64,000 nt of DNA from Octopus bimaculoides (GCF_001194135.2 NC_068984.1:142283002-142347001); one strand, 5' to 3'; counted from the stretch's first letter, positions 1-13,961 are shown. Made by a program: numbers and translations. Notes: generated by a model not told the origin, from the letters alone.

Positions 1-355
1 ACACTCCTATATTTAAGAGATGACAAATTATCTACATTATTTACATTATTTACATTTGACGGATATTTCTCCTCATCTTGTTTGTTGTTAACACAACATT
101 TCGGCTGATACACCCTCCATCCTTCATTAGGTGTCTTGGGAAAATTTCGAACCTGGTTTCTCATTCGTAAGGTATTTTTCGATGTTAAACACCTTAGGAA
201 AGAAAAATACTTTAGGAATGAGAACCCAGGTTCAAAATTCCCCCAGAACACCTGATGAAGGTTGGAGGGTAATATCGGCCGAAACGTTGTGCTAACAACA
301 AACAAGATGAGGACAAATATCCGTCAAATGTAAATAATATGAATAATGTAAATAA
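1..355. mobile_element. Palindromic hammerhead-tail element, copy 1 (both tails, centre deleted)
   Basis: 1-186 is the reverse complement of ~205-355. Both arms match the tail GAAAAATACCTTAGGAATGAGAACCCAGGTTC...CTGATGAAGGCTGGAGGGTATATCAGCCGAAACGTTGTGTTAACAACAAACAAGATGAGG also seen at 19680, 26875 and 44285. Confidence 0.85.
247..293 (+). ncRNA. Minimal type I hammerhead ribozyme motif (best-preserved copy)
   Basis: AACAC-CTGATGA-A-GGTTG(loop)CGGCC-GAAA-C-GT-T-GTGCT: stem I, intact CUGAUGA core, stem II, GAAA, minimal stem III and a GUU cleavage triplet. Confidence 0.6.
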
Positions 356-364
356 GCGGTAAAC

Positions 365-628
365 GATGTTACACATCGCTGTTCACTATGCGCTTGACAT
401 TGTGTTAGCTCTCGAATGATGCTACCTCGCTGGCTAGGCGAGCAGACTAATTCATCCCCCACCCAATGATCTGTAGGCTGTTCCGCCACAGGGTGACCCA
501 TTTACAGTTGGGTGGACTGGGCCTACGTGAAATGAAGTCTTTTGCTGAAGAACACAAGGCTCTGTACTGTCCAGGAATCGAAGCCAAGCCTGGCTACCTG
601 GAGTCCAACACTGACCAATCGACCTCCC
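365..628 (-). mobile_element. tRNA-derived SINE with CORE-like central domain
   Basis: Minus strand has a B-box-like GCTTCGATTCC followed by GTGTTCTTCAGCAAAAGACTTCATTTCAC...CAACTGTAAATGGGT. Its 3' tail recurs at ~51775-51880 (+). Confidence 0.6.
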
Positions 629-643
629 GCCTTCACACATAAC

Positions 644-678
<35 letters not shown>

Positions 679-722
679 TTATATGCATAAATTGTGCGAA
701 ATGGAAAGAGAGAGATAAGTGT

Positions 723-725
<3 letters not shown>

Positions 726-802
<77 letters not shown>
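726..802 (+). repeat. (GA)n microsatellite
   Basis: Uninterrupted GA dinucleotide run; representative of dozens of (AT)n/(CA)n/(TATC)n/(AAT)n tracts in the window. Confidence 0.98.
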
Positions 803-807
<5 letters not shown>

Positions 808-2279
808 TGGTGGAAAGTGTGAGGGTGAGATAAAGAGAGGAAGATTGGTGGTTTTGCAAAGGTAGACCACATTGAGAGTTAAAGTGAGTGTTGTGTCCTT
901 AATTAGCCGAACTACTTATTGAATTTAGATCATCTAATTGTTCTTCAGATGTAATTCACTTTGTTTATGTTAATGAATTATTAATGCAGCGGCGGCAGCG
1001 GCGGCGGCAGTAGTCGTGTTGTCGGTGGTGTTGGGATAAGATTGGCAGAGAGAAGGGGGAAAGTATGAGGAGAATAATCAGAGAGAGTACGAGGGGGAGG
1101 GAGATGGAGAAGTGTGTGCATGGTGGGGGGGATAAATAGATGGCGTTGGTCGTTGTGATGAGAATACTTCAGTTTAAAGATGTCAAAGTTGGAGGTGAAA
1201 ATGGGATGTGGTGTGAGGTTTTAATGAGGTGATTTAATGATGTATTCAAAATCACAGTAACCGCTAATTACACACACATACATACATATATGCATATGCG
1301 CACACATATACATATATATATACATACATACATATATATATACATACATACATNNNNNNNNNNNNNNNNNNNNNNNNNNNNNNNNNNNNNNNNNNNNNNN
1401 NNNNNNNNNNNNNNNNNNNNNNNNNNNNNNNNNNNNNNNNNNNNNNNNNNNNNNNNNNNNNNNNNNNNNNNNNNNNNNNNNNNNNNNNNNNNNNNNNNNN
1501 NNNNNNNNNNNNNNNNNNNNNNNNNNNNNNNNNNNNNNNNNNNNNNNNNNNNNNNNNNNNNNNNNNNNNNNNNNNNNNNNNNNNNNNNNNNNNNNNNNNN
1601 NNNNNNNNNNNNNNNNNNNNNNNNNNNNNNNNNNNNNNNNNNNNNNNNNNNNNNNNNNNNNNNNNNNNNNNNNNNNNNNNNNNNNNNNNNNNNNNNNNNN
1701 NNNNNNNNNNNNNNNNNNNNNNNNNNNNNNNNNNNNNNNNNNNNNNNNNNNNNNNNNNNNNNNNNNNNNNNNNNNNNNNNNNNNNNNNNNNNNNNNNNNN
1801 NNNNNNNNNNNNNNNNNNNCACTGACGTATGAATATGTATGTAGGCATATATTTATGTGGGTATATACACAGCAATATGCGTATACACAAACAAATTGTA
1901 ATCAGTACATGAAGTAGATTTAATAATACTAACAGCAATTAAATCCTAGATTTTACGCCGTTGTTAATCCGAGATTCACGTTTCTGCCACTTGACACGTC
2001 TAAATAATTTATTACACTTTACAATCCTGCGTTGCTTTTATATGATGACTCAAAACGAGCTTCATAAATACGAAGATTTTTAAATTTAAAATACTTAAAA
2101 CGTAGCAATTTAGATTTTAAATATTCAAGATGCAATTGTTGACGGAAAATCTTGGTATATGAAAAGAAGAGCAAATATACAATCGCTTACTCTTTCACCT
2201 GTTTCAGTTCGAGACCTGTGTCCATGCTGGAGCATCGCCGTTAATTATGCTGCATTTTCATTAATCGTCCTTTTATAGT

Positions 2280-2610
2280 TGGTGAATGAGAGCTTGATAA
2301 TGCGGCTCTCATTTACGTTTCCTACCGTGAATTTAGTTAATACGGGGCTGTTGACATTAGGAGATCTAGTTTTGTTTTCGAGACATCTACATCCATCCCA
2401 TGTAGATCCCTCACGTTTTGCAAGAAAGTATGGCAAGGGTGGGATTTATAGCACTTTAACAGCGATTGTGCCCTGTTCGAAAGTTAATATGACTTTCAAT
2501 GCCAAAGCTTGGTACAAGTCCTTCCAAGTTCTTCCGGATGTATATTATGGCATATCTTATTTTGTTAAGCATATTTCTACAGAATTCATAGCCAGCAATG
2601 ATTTTTTTGC
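2280..2610 (-). mobile_element. CR1-clade LINE ORF2 C-terminal fragment (degraded)
   Basis: Minus-strand frames give RYAIIYIRKNLEGLVPSFGIESHINFRTG and VRDLHGMDVDVSKTKLDLLMSTAP, resembling CR1-type post-RT C-termini. Frameshifted. Confidence 0.6.
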
Positions 2611-2644
2611 TACAACATACATACATACATACATACATACATAC

Positions 2645-2681
<37 letters not shown>

Positions 2682-3794
2682 NNNNNNNNNNNNNNNNNNN
2701 NNNNNNNNNNNNNNNNNNNNNNNNNNNNNNNNNNNNNNNNNNNNNNNNNNNNNNNNNNNNNNNNNNNNNNNNNNNNNNNNNNNNNNNNNNNNNNNNNNNN
2801 NNNNNNNNNNNNNNNNNNNNNNNNNNNNNNNNNNNNNNNNNNNNNNNNNNNNNNNNNNNNNNNNNNNNNNNNNNNNNNNNNNNNNNNNNNNNNNNNNNNN
2901 NNNNNNNNNNNNNNNNNNNNNNNNNNNNNNNNNNNNNNNNNNNNNNNNNNNNNNNNNNNNNNNNNNNNNNNNNNNNNNNNNNNNNNNNNNNNNNNNNNNN
3001 NNNNNNNNNNNNNNNNNNNNNNNNNNNNNNNNNNNNNNNNNNNNNNNNNNNNNNNNNNNNNNNNNNNNNNNNNNNNNNNNNNNNNNNNNNNNNNNNNNNN
3101 NNNNNNNNNNNNNNNNNNNNNNNNNNNNNNNNNNNNNNNNNNNNNNNNNNNNNNNNNNNNNNNNNNNNNNNNNNNNNNNNNNNNNNNNNNNNNNNNNNNN
3201 NNNNNNNNNNNNNNNNNNNNNNNNNNNNNNNNNNNNNNNNNNNNNNNNNNNNNNNNNNNNNNNNNNNNNNNNNNNNNNNNNNNNNNNNNNNNNNNNNNNN
3301 NNNNNNNNNNNNNNNNNNNNNNNNNNNNNNNNNNNNNNNNNNNNNNNNNNNNNNNNNNNNNNNNNNNNNNNNNNNNNNNNNNNNNNNNNNNNNNNNNNNN
3401 NNNNNNNNNNNNNNNNNNNNNNNNNNNNNNNNNNNNNNNNNNNNNNNNNNNNNNNNNNNNNNNNNNNNNNNNNNNNNNNNNNNNNNNNNNNNNNNNNNNN
3501 NNNNNNNNNNNNNNNNNNNNNNNNNNNNNNNNNNNNNNNNNNNNNNNNNNNNNNNNNNNNNNNNNNNNNNNNNNNNNNNNNNNNNNNNNNNNNNTATATA
3601 TATACATATATATGTATGAACATACCTTCATCTACATGTATATATAGATGCATATCTGGGTACATGACGTTGCAAAAAAACATGGACACAATGATAAACA
3701 GGGTACAGAAAACACACAGGCCACATAGAGAACATTTCCTTCATCAGTTGCCACCATTATAACACTGGCGTTTCGAAGAGTTGTATATAAACGT

Positions 3795-3923
3795 AGCGTT
3801 TCGGCAAAAGCGAACGATAGAATAAGTACTAGGCTTACAAAGAATAAGCCCCGGGGTCGATTTTTTCGACTAAAGGCGTTGCTCCAGCTTGCCTGCAGTC
3901 AAATGACTGAATCAAGTAAAAGA
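3795..3923 (+). mobile_element. SINE family A, 3' portion
   Basis: GATAGAATAAGTACTAGGCTTACAAAGAATAAG...CGACTAAAGGCG...CAAATGACTGAA matches the 3' half of the copies at 29603 and 52221. Confidence 0.8.
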
Positions 3924-4240
3924 AATATATAAATATCCCTGTCTTTATCAGGATAATCGGGATTTTAGTGGAAAAAAAAAGGATTATAATGAAGGATTAC
4001 ACCATATAGTTTGCAGCGTACACATTTATTATATATTTAAAAGAATAGTGGTGACAGTAACCTCGAAGTTTCGGGGTGTCAGACTTCTCCGGACTGTAAT
4101 GCCGATGTTGAATGCCTATGGTCAAACTCGACTGGAACTAGGCATGTGTTTGTGTATGTGGTATGTATGTCTGTTTTTGTGTTTGTGTGTGTGCGTGTGT
4201 GTGCGTGCGTATGTGTGAGTGTGTGACAGCGCCTATATAT

Positions 4241-4613
4241 TCTTTTATTCTTTAATTCTTTTACTTGTTTCAGTCATTTGGTTGCGGCCATACAGGAGCA
4301 CCGCCTTTAGTCGAGCAAATCGATCCCAGGACTTATTCTATCGGTGTCTTTTGCCGGACCACTAATCTTACGAGGACGTAAACACAGCAGCATCGGTTGT
4401 CAAGCGATGCTGGGGAACAAACACATACACATAAACACACACACACACATACATACGACGGGCTTCTTTCAGTTTCCGTCTACTAAATCTACTCACAATG
4501 CGTTGGTCGACTCGAGGTTATAGTAGAAGACACTTGCCCCAGGTGCCACGAGGTGGGACTGAATTCAGAACCATGTGGCTGGTAAGCAAGCTGCTTATCA
4601 CACACCCACTCCT
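4241..4613 (-). mobile_element. SINE family A (tRNA head + CORE-like domain; possibly octopus OR2-like), near full length
   Basis: Minus strand: GGAGTGG..GTGTG head, CCACATGGTTC, CCCACCTCGTGGCACCTGGGGCAAGTGTCTTCTACTATA (CORE-like), internal CA/GT tract and conserved 3' end. Confidence 0.85.
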
Positions 4614-4628
4614 ATATATATATATATG

Positions 4629-4685
<57 letters not shown>

Positions 4686-5356
4686 NNNNNNNNNNNNNNN
4701 NNNNNNNNNNNNNNNNNNNNNNNNNNNNNNNNNNNNNNNNNNNNNNNNNNNNATATATATATATATATATATACATACAATATAAACAATATATATATGC
4801 ATATATATATATATATATATACATACAATATAAACAATATATATATGCATATATATATATATATACGTACAATATAAATAATATATATATGCATATATAT
4901 TTTTACATGCATATATGTACATACCTACATATATATGTATATATACATGCATATATGAGTACAGTATGTCAAAAAAACCTGAGCAAAAAGAAAAACGAGA
5001 ACATAGAAAAACACAAACATGGAAAACGAACTTTTTTTTTTCGAACAACGAAAGAAACAAATAGAGAAACGAGACAGGGAACATAAAGAACAATCCTTTC
5101 ATCAGTTGTCCCCTGTTTTATCCTCTCCACGTTTTGAACGTAGGGACAAGACGCGTCTTCGTTAAAACAGTCGTTCCCGCAAAGCAAATTAAATAAATTT
5201 GGGATTTTTTTGCAGAGGGTTAAAGTGGTAACAAACACAAATATATATATATACAGGAATGCCAATTGGCTCTAAACTACTTTATCTATCACATGAATAG
5301 ACGCTGAAAGTGAGAGAATGAACAAGAAAGTTTAGTCATGTATCGAAAATGTTTTG

Positions 5357-5390
<34 letters not shown>

Positions 5391-6062
5391 GTACGTATGT
5401 ATGTATATATGTAATTCGGTAGATATGTACAACAGCTGGATCCTATCATGTTAGGTATGTCACTATATAAATACATACGTACACATCCCCGTAGATGTTT
5501 CTCATATCCCTCTGTATGCCGCCAGTGGAACATCTCCATTTGCCAAAAGAAACTGTCATGGACTCCGCATATGCTTTGTATAAAGACGATTAATAGAAGA
5601 CGCGATAACCGAACGCACACGTACACATGCACTCACATAAACACACACACCTATATATGCGCGTGCATGTGTATCTGTGCGCGTGTGTATGCATATATTC
5701 ACAAAGCAGGTTGTTTCGAGTCTGAAGCGTCAAACAGAATTCAAATGGTATTGATGTTGTAAAATGTGCATTATTGTTATGATCAATTGCACTTAGGGGA
5801 TGCGGTGTAGATGTTAAGGGTGACACAGTCGGTCTGGAATTTAGCAATGTTAGAGGGGAGGGGTGGATTCATCAGAAATTTATTCAATGAAGTTAATGTG
5901 TTAAATAGAGGCGACCGTAATGAGAAAAAGAGGTTTCATTCACCGTCAACTCTAACATCCTCGCACATTCCATCAAGGCTACATCTGGAGATGCCCTTCC
6001 CTGTCACATCGAGGCCTTATGCCTTTCTCTCTTCCTCTCTCTTTTATATATATTTAAATATG

Positions 6063-6094
<32 letters not shown>

Positions 6095-6687
6095 TACATA
6101 CACACACACACATATATATATATATNNNNNNNNNNNNNNNNNNNNNNNNNNNNNNNNNNNNNNNNNNNNNNNNNNNNNNNNNNNNNNNNNNNNNNNNNNN
6201 NNNNNNNNNNNNNNNNNNNNNNNNNNNNNNNNNNNNNNNNNNNNNNNNNNNNNNNNNNNNNNNNNNNNNNNNNNNNNNNNNNNNNNNNNNNNNNNNNNNN
6301 NNNNNNNNNNNNNNNNNNNNNNNNNNNNNNNNNNNNNNNNNNNNNNNNNNNNNNNNNNNNNNNNNNNNNNNNNNNNNNNNNNNNNNNNNNNNNNNNNNNN
6401 NNNNNNNNNNNNNNNNNNNNNNNNNNNNNNNNNNNNNNNNNNNNNNNNNNNNNNNNNNNNNNNNNNNNNNNNNNNNNNNNNNNNNNNNNNNNNNNNNNNN
6501 NNNNNNNNNNNNNNNNNNNNNNNNNNNNNNNNNNNNNNNNNNNNNNNNNNNNNNNNNNNNNNNNNNNNNNNNNNNNNNNNNNNNNNNNNNNNNNNNNNNN
6601 NNNNNNNNNNNNNNNNNNNNNNNNNNNNNNNNNNNNNNNNNNNNNNNNNNNNNNNNNNNNNNNNNNNNNNNNNNNNNNNNNNNNNNN

Positions 6688-6732
<45 letters not shown>

Positions 6733-7246
6733 GAGAGACTGAGACAGAGATAAAGAATGAGAGTTTCTTCTCCACCCACCTCTTCTCTTTCTTTCGATGC
6801 CTGCAAATCTTCTGGGACTTGTAAAACAAATAGACATACACACAGACTGGAGCACTCACGCGCAAATACGCTTGTATAGAAGCATGTACACCAGCACACA
6901 TCACCACACGTGCACACGTAAATATTTTCCCAATTATATGTGCATATTTAGATCAATAATAACGAAGGTAATTAGAATGTAAAATTGTATGTGTATATAA
7001 GTATGCTTGTGTGTGTTCCTCCGTGTGTGCATGTGTGTGTGTGCGTCTGAAAAATCTATTTACATAAATAGCTGTATATAACTATATACACGCATCATTA
7101 TGTGGTTTGCTATAAATTCATTCCATCTCTTCCTTCATCATTCAATGCATTGATGGACTCATATATATACACGTGTTAGTGTGTGTATAAGTGCCTGTCT
7201 TTTTTTTACGTATTTGAGTGCACGTATAAAACGCATATACTTAAGA

Positions 7247-7317
<71 letters not shown>

Positions 7318-7660
7318 CACGTTCATAGATGTAATCCAATGTATGTCAAGAAACACTAATTTATATAATGTATATAATTATATATACACACACACACACA
7401 TTCATACACAAGTATAAAATATATAATAGGTTGTTCGTCAACAAATACCAATTTGTATAAATTATATAATTATATAGGCATGCAATCATAGAAACTAGTG
7501 TATATGTATGTATCTGTGTCTGTACGTCACTATTTCTCATTCAGCCCGTCCGTCTGTCCGTCTGTTTTTGTGTCTGTGTCTCACTCTTCCCCTTTGTGCG
7601 TATGCTTGTTTGTGTGTGTGTATTATGTAACTATACATCTTTGTTGTTTTCTATCAGATG

Positions 7661-7760
<100 letters not shown>

Positions 7761-8029
7761 TACAATAATTTGAAAGTTAGTTGTAATTCTTTGACTGCCA
7801 ACCTACTTTAGAATTTCATTAGATTTTCCTTCCACCCCCACACGCCTTTTTTCTCAAGCACACTCTTATATATAATGGTTGCGAATGGAAAGAGTCGATA
7901 GCGCTTCTTATTGCATGCTTCGCTGTATTTCATCCGATTCTCTGTGCTTTGAGTTCAAATCGTAACAAAGTCAAATTTGCCTTTCAATGCTTCGACGTCG
8001 ATAGATACAAATCTTCACTACAATGAGCG

Positions 8030-8110
8030 TTATGTCAGTCTGTCTCTCTGTTCCCGTTTCACGCTTAAACGGCTGAACCAATGGTCACGATGGTTTTCGA
8101 GTTTACAAAG
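8030..8110 (+). mobile_element. Possible Helentron/HINE-like fragment
   Basis: GTCTGTCT run followed by CACGCTTAAACGGCTGAACC resembles DINE-1/HINE-type 5' regions. Short and degraded. Confidence 0.25.
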
Positions 8111-8739
8111 GATGTAAGCAAGAAGGTTTTTAGTGAAAAAATGTGATGAAGTATGATTATTTAGTGGATATTAAATTTTGTCTTAATAAATCACCTTTAA
8201 CATTTTTTGTTAAAATTCTGGTGACGAGGATTAACTCTGAATTCCCCTCCCCCACCCCGTATAGTTCGTGAATTATAGGATCTAGATTTGCGGTACTATA
8301 CCTTTATTTCCCATCGTAGATTCCTAAAGATCCGCTCGCGCATTCACAGTAAACAAGGCACGTTGTTAGACTTTAGATCGTGTACGTGTATTTTTACCCA
8401 CTCCGATGTTTACACACGGCCAGTTATACGTCATTAGGAGTAAAGCAACGGACTCCAGTAATTTGAAAATTAGTGTCGACCAAACAGAAAATATCGTCTA
8501 CAAAGAAGTTTTATAATCGTATTGATATTATCGAAAGGAAAATGATTCATAGTTTAAATAAGGAAATTTGTGAACTTTGAATGTATAAAAGTATAAACAA
8601 GCGTAAAATAGTGTAAACAATTAAAATAAAAGTATATTCAGAATAACATCTTTTCTTAATACTTTTTATGCCGTGGTCGAAGGAAGGTCTGGCTTTCGCT
8701 GGGAGTGGTCCACTTAACCATCCATGATATAAAGGCTGG

Positions 8740-9262
8740 GAGCCTATTTCAGTTCGGGAGTGAATCGTCATCACATGTCATTTAACCGCAAACACATGCC
8801 ATATAGCTGCAATAGAATGCTGTATCACCAACAACAATGTGAGTTCTCTAAGATATCACCCAGTAAACTATCGAGTCCATTTACACATTCCTCAATACAA
8901 GATAATGTTCGACCACATAAAGCGAGGATGACATTTCAAAGGTTGGAGCAGTTTGAATGGAAAACGATGCCCCACTCACCATATTTCCTGCAGATTGCCC
9001 CATCTGATTATCATTTATTGCGCAGTCTTCAAAATCATTTGGACGGAAAAAATATGAATTCTGTAGTCCAATACTGGAGTAGTATTTTTCGTCACGGACA
9101 AGTGAATTTTGGAAGAGGGGCCTTGGAAATCTGTCAGATAAATTAGAGAGCATTGTAGAAAATGACGGAGAGTATATTTTAGATTAAAAAATAATTTTAT
9201 CTTAATTTCGAAGAATGAAAGAAGTTTTTAAAAATCCACATTATATTTATGATGTCCCGATA
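8740..9262 (+). mobile_element. mariner (DD34D) transposon, 3' fossil
   Basis: QDNVRPH and MPHSPYFLQIAPSDYHLLRSLQNHLDGK correspond to HDNARPH and HPPYSPDLAPSDY. C-terminal SIVENDGEYILD*; TIR-like end GATGTCCCGA followed by TA. Confidence 0.85.
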
Positions 9263-9427
9263 GAATCACATGAGGATATTACAGAATACCATACAGTTAC
9301 TGTTTCATCTGAGTAACTCTTTTGTTATGGTTCTTTTCACCCGCTCAGAGATTAGAATTTGTTACGTTAGATATGAAATGCATGAACAGTTTTATCTCGA
9401 CAAAGGCAAACTGTAATACATTTATTT

Positions 9428-9800
9428 GGAGGCGAAATGGCCCAGTGGTTAGGGCAGTGGACTCGCGGTCATAGGATCGCTGTTTCGATTCTCAGACCGG
9501 ACGTTGTGAGTGTTTATTGAGCGAAAACACTTAAAGCTCCACGAGGCTCCGGCAGGAGGTGGTGGCGAACCCTGTTGTACTCTTTCACCACAGCTTTCTC
9601 TCACTCTTTCTTCCTGTTTCTGTTGTACATGTATTTCAAAGGGCCAGCCTTGTCACACTCTGTGTCACGCTGAATCTCCCCGAGAACTACATTAAAGGTA
9701 CACGTGTCTGTGGAGTGCTCATCCACTTGCACTTGAACAGGCAGTTCCGTTGATCGGATCAACTGGAACCCTCGTCGTCGCAACCGACGGAGTGCCACAC
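9428..9800 (+). mobile_element. tRNA-derived SINE family C, apparently full length
   Basis: A-box TGGCCCAGTGG (9438-9448), B-box-like GTTTCGATTCT (9482-9492) and a ~300 bp GC-richer body ending CGACGGAGTGCCACAC. Confidence 0.75.
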
Positions 9801-10508
9801 AGTACATTTATAGATTTACTGAGTGAGGTCAACCTTTAAGATTTCAATGTTTTCTTTCAAAGTATTCTAGTTTCACTTGTTGGTAATTAGTGTCTGAGAA
9901 TTAGAGACGACCGGAAAAAAAACAGGTGTTTTAATTAATGTATGTGTGTGTGTGTGGATGAGAGCCGTAGAGTGTCTGGTCTATTGTGTTTCCAGTTATT
10001 AATGGTCATTTATAAATACAAATATAAAAATATGCACTCAGACATAAATACATTCGTACACACACACACACACCTACATACAGATACACACATTGACACA
10101 TTAACAGTTGACCATATATGGGCTAAAGATATTTCTGAGATCATGAAGTCAGGTTCTTGTAAACAACACAGCTGCACAAGCAGAAGAAGCACATACAGAC
10201 ACACACATACAGTGAGAATCACACACGCATGCGTAAGATGGCTCGCATGAATCAGAGTAGTTTAATGTTTATCTGACCGAGTGTTTAGAAAAATACACAC
10301 ACACACACACACGCACACACACACATAATTACACATACTTACATAAAGATATGAACATATCCTATACACACACACACGCACATGCAGACAGGACATACAC
10401 AGTACTAATACACACAAACACACGTGCGCGCGTAAGCATAATCTCACACGTTTAAACTTGTGCGCGTACACCATTTAATAATTTACACAACACTCTATCA
10501 TTGAGTGT

Positions 10509-10625
10509 GGAGACGTGTGGCTCAGTGGTTAGATTAGTGCATTCACGATCAGAAGATTGTGATTTCGATTCTTGGACCAGAGATGCATCGATTCCCCGCT
10601 GTTCCAGTCCTCTTAATTGGCAGAC
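10509..10625 (+). mobile_element. tRNA-like SINE head (truncated)
   Basis: A-box TGGCTCAGTGG at 10518-10528 and B-box-like GATTTCGATTC at 10561. No complete acceptor stem. Confidence 0.55.
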
Positions 10626-11004
10626 AAAAATGATCCAGCGACGGACCGGCGTCTCATCCAGAATCGGAAAAAACGTGTTTCATTTTTTCCACGTGTGTTT
10701 CATTCTTCCCGAACCATTGTTCGGGAAGAATCGTTGATCTCTAGCATTTACTTGTCTTATGCTGGGGCACCGCCTGGAATGAATCGACTCCAGTACTTAG
10801 ATTAATCAGTACATCGATAGGAACACATTTAAAGCTTGTTTATTGACACAAAGCAAGACATAAGAAAGCTAACAGCTGTTTCTGACCAGATTCCTTAAAT
10901 GTAGTCTATACATAAATGCGAGAATAAAATTCTTCATCTTCATAGGGCATTCGAATTAAGGCAACCGATCTTCATCAGAGTAGAAAAAAAAAAAGGGCAT
11001 ACAA

Positions 11005-11160
11005 TGCGACGGGTTTTTTCAATTTTCGTCTCCCAAATCAATACCTAAGATTTTGGTCGGCCCGAAACTGTAGTACAATGTACTTGCCCAGGGTGCCATA
11101 CATTGCAACTGGACCTGGAACCATTTAGTCAGGAAACAAACTTCCTACCACATAGACACC
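11005..11160 (-). mobile_element. SINE family A, 5' half (diverged)
   Basis: GACGGG...TTGGTCGGCCCGA...ACTTGCCCAGGGTGCCA...GGAACCAT, the same motifs as the 4241 copy. Confidence 0.7.
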
Positions 11161-11371
11161 ATACAAGTAAGGTTGAATTTGCTGCTGTTATATTCCTGAA
11201 AATAAGGTGTTTAATTCATGCGACCCCGGATAATACATCATTGATTTCAATTACATTTCGTGTGGGTTTAATTTTTAAATTATGGAATTATGAAAATTTG
11301 AAAAGTCAAGCATCTATGACCTCTGGTTTCTTTAGCGGAGTATGGGCTGATGCGAACATGTATATGTACAT

Positions 11372-11500
11372 GCCCATACACACACAACCATACGTGTGCA
11401 TGTACGTACTCATAGCCCATACACACACGACCATACGTGTGCATGTACGTACTCATAGCCCATACACACACGACCATACGTGTGCATGTACGTACTCATA
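11372..11500 (+). repeat. 3 x 43-bp tandem repeat
   Basis: Unit GCCCATACACACACGACCATACGTGTGCATGTACGTACTCATA starts at 11372, 11415 and 11458. Confidence 0.95.
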
Positions 11501-12988
11501 CACCTAAAGTTATTGCATCAGTTTTAACTACAACGTGTTACATGGAACCCCAAGAGCCACTTGGAACCCAAGGGCCGTAGAGATACCCAAGCGCCATAAG
11601 GATAGCCAAACGCCATATGGACTCCGGCTGCAGACCACTGTGTTATTGTTGCTAGCTGTATTGTATATTGTTGTTGCTTTCATTTCTATTTTCCTTACTG
11701 TTATTGTTTATTGTTGTTAATGTTGCTAATTGATGCTAATTAGATACTATTGTTCAGCCTGAGATTAATCATTGTTGAATAGCACATTAAACATATGCAA
11801 TCCAATCAAGACCATCCCTTTTAAACAGCGTATCTAGGACATCATTATCTCATATCTCCATAGATCATTCCTCGGTGAAAAGAGAGCTACCTGCTGTTTC
11901 TAGCCGACCGGACGACCAGCTAAGTGCTGCTTTTCTGAGTCTTTGGGCTTTCGCTCTCGTTGTTTTTATTGTTCATGTTTGATATAACGGTGTTCTTCTT
12001 ATTATTGTCTCTCCTAATATTCCTATATTTGTTGTTGTTGTTATTGAAGTGTTGTTGTTATAAATAATGATTTCGTTATTCGTTTCTGTTGTTCTTCTTC
12101 TTGTTATTGTTGTTGTTTGTGAAGTTAATGATACCTACTCATGCAATATACACAGAGTTTTACGATTAATAACAAACACAACACAACCAGAGAATAGCAA
12201 CAACACAACAACAAATAAAAACATCAAACACATGAACCATTAACAAATGCACTGAATGTATAAATATAATTTAAATATAGCGAAGAATAGGACGAAAAAA
12301 AATGTCATGAACGGAACGAATTGAGTTAAACAAATTATGACTTAATGTTTGTAGTGGATAATTGCTGTGCAAAAGACACTATTTAATACATACGTACATA
12401 CATGCATACATGCATACACACACACACANNNNNNNNNNNNNNNNNNNNNNNNNNNNNNNNNNNNNNNNNNNNNNNNNNNNNNNNNNNNNNNNNNNNNNNN
12501 NNNNNNNNNNNNNNNNNNNNNNNNNNNNNNNNNNNNNNNNNNNNNNNNNNNNNNNNNNNNNNNNNNNNNNNNNNNNNNNNNNNNNNNNNNNNNNNNNNNN
12601 NNNNNNNNNNNNNNNNNNNNNNNNNNNNNNNNNNNNNNNNNNNNNNNNNNNNNNNNNNNNNNNNNNNNNNNNATATATATATATATATATATATATATAT
12701 ACGAATATACATATACACGTTTTACACAGATATACTCATATATGTGTGTATGTACATACATGTATACATATGTGTTTGTGTGTAGTGGCGCTGTGTGTGT
12801 ATATATAGTGTAATGTATGTATACATATATACACACAGATATATATATCTATATATATATATGAACAGTTGTGTATGTATATTCGTTCATATACACAAAT
12901 GCTTACAGACTTATCAATGTCTCTATCTATTTATTTATCTCCTAGTCTCCCCCTTGTTGTCGCTCTCCTTCTGTCACCAACTCTCTCT

Positions 12989-13047
<59 letters not shown>

Positions 13048-13908
13048 CCTCTCCCTCTCTCGCGCTGTCTCTCTCTCTATATATATATGCACAAATATAG
13101 GCATGTACGTATGCATATACGATTTACATAAATATAGACGTGTACATTTATGTATGTATGAGCGTCTCTCTCTATATATATATACATACACACACATATA
13201 TATATATACGCATATATATATATATATATACATAAACATATACATACACGCAAGTACACAAGTACGCACACATAGACATGCTCAATTACAAAAATTCGCG
13301 TACTACTGATATATATATATTATATGTATGTATATATATATATATGTATATGTATGTGTATTCGTGTATTTGTGTGTGTGTATGTGTGTGTGTGTTTGTG
13401 TGTCGATGTTTGCGTGCGTATGCATGTACACATATATCTCTGTATACATCTGTCTGTGTGTCTCTATACGCTGTTATATATTTGTAACGTATGTTGAGAC
13501 GAAATGTAGTGCCAACCAGTAAACAATAAACAATATATATTTGAAATTATAAAATAATTAGATTTTCATATTTATAAAAATCTGTTCAATATGATTGATG
13601 TAAATCGATACCACACTGCACCACCACCGCCTCCACCAACACCACCACCAACACCACCGACTCCACCACCATAAACAACAAGAGAAACAAGAAAAACAAC
13701 AACAACGAAACCACCACGACCACCGCCCCGTGACCTACATGCGTTTTCAATATACAAACCGCCATCATTTCTCCTATCGTTACTTTCCTCTATAAAGATT
13801 TAAATAAAAATGTTACGCACAACACCAGACATAGATGCAGACAATATGATAAATGTATACATGTATATGTATATTCGGAAGCAATAACATATGTATGCAT
13901 ATATATGT

Positions 13909-13961
<53 letters not shown>

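Noticed and set aside
3735-3780. Hammerhead-like CTGATGA with upstream GAAAC on the minus strand (similar CTGATGA at ~5098-5106)
   Set aside because: No U16.1/NUH triplet and no convincing stem II; cannot be folded as a hammerhead.
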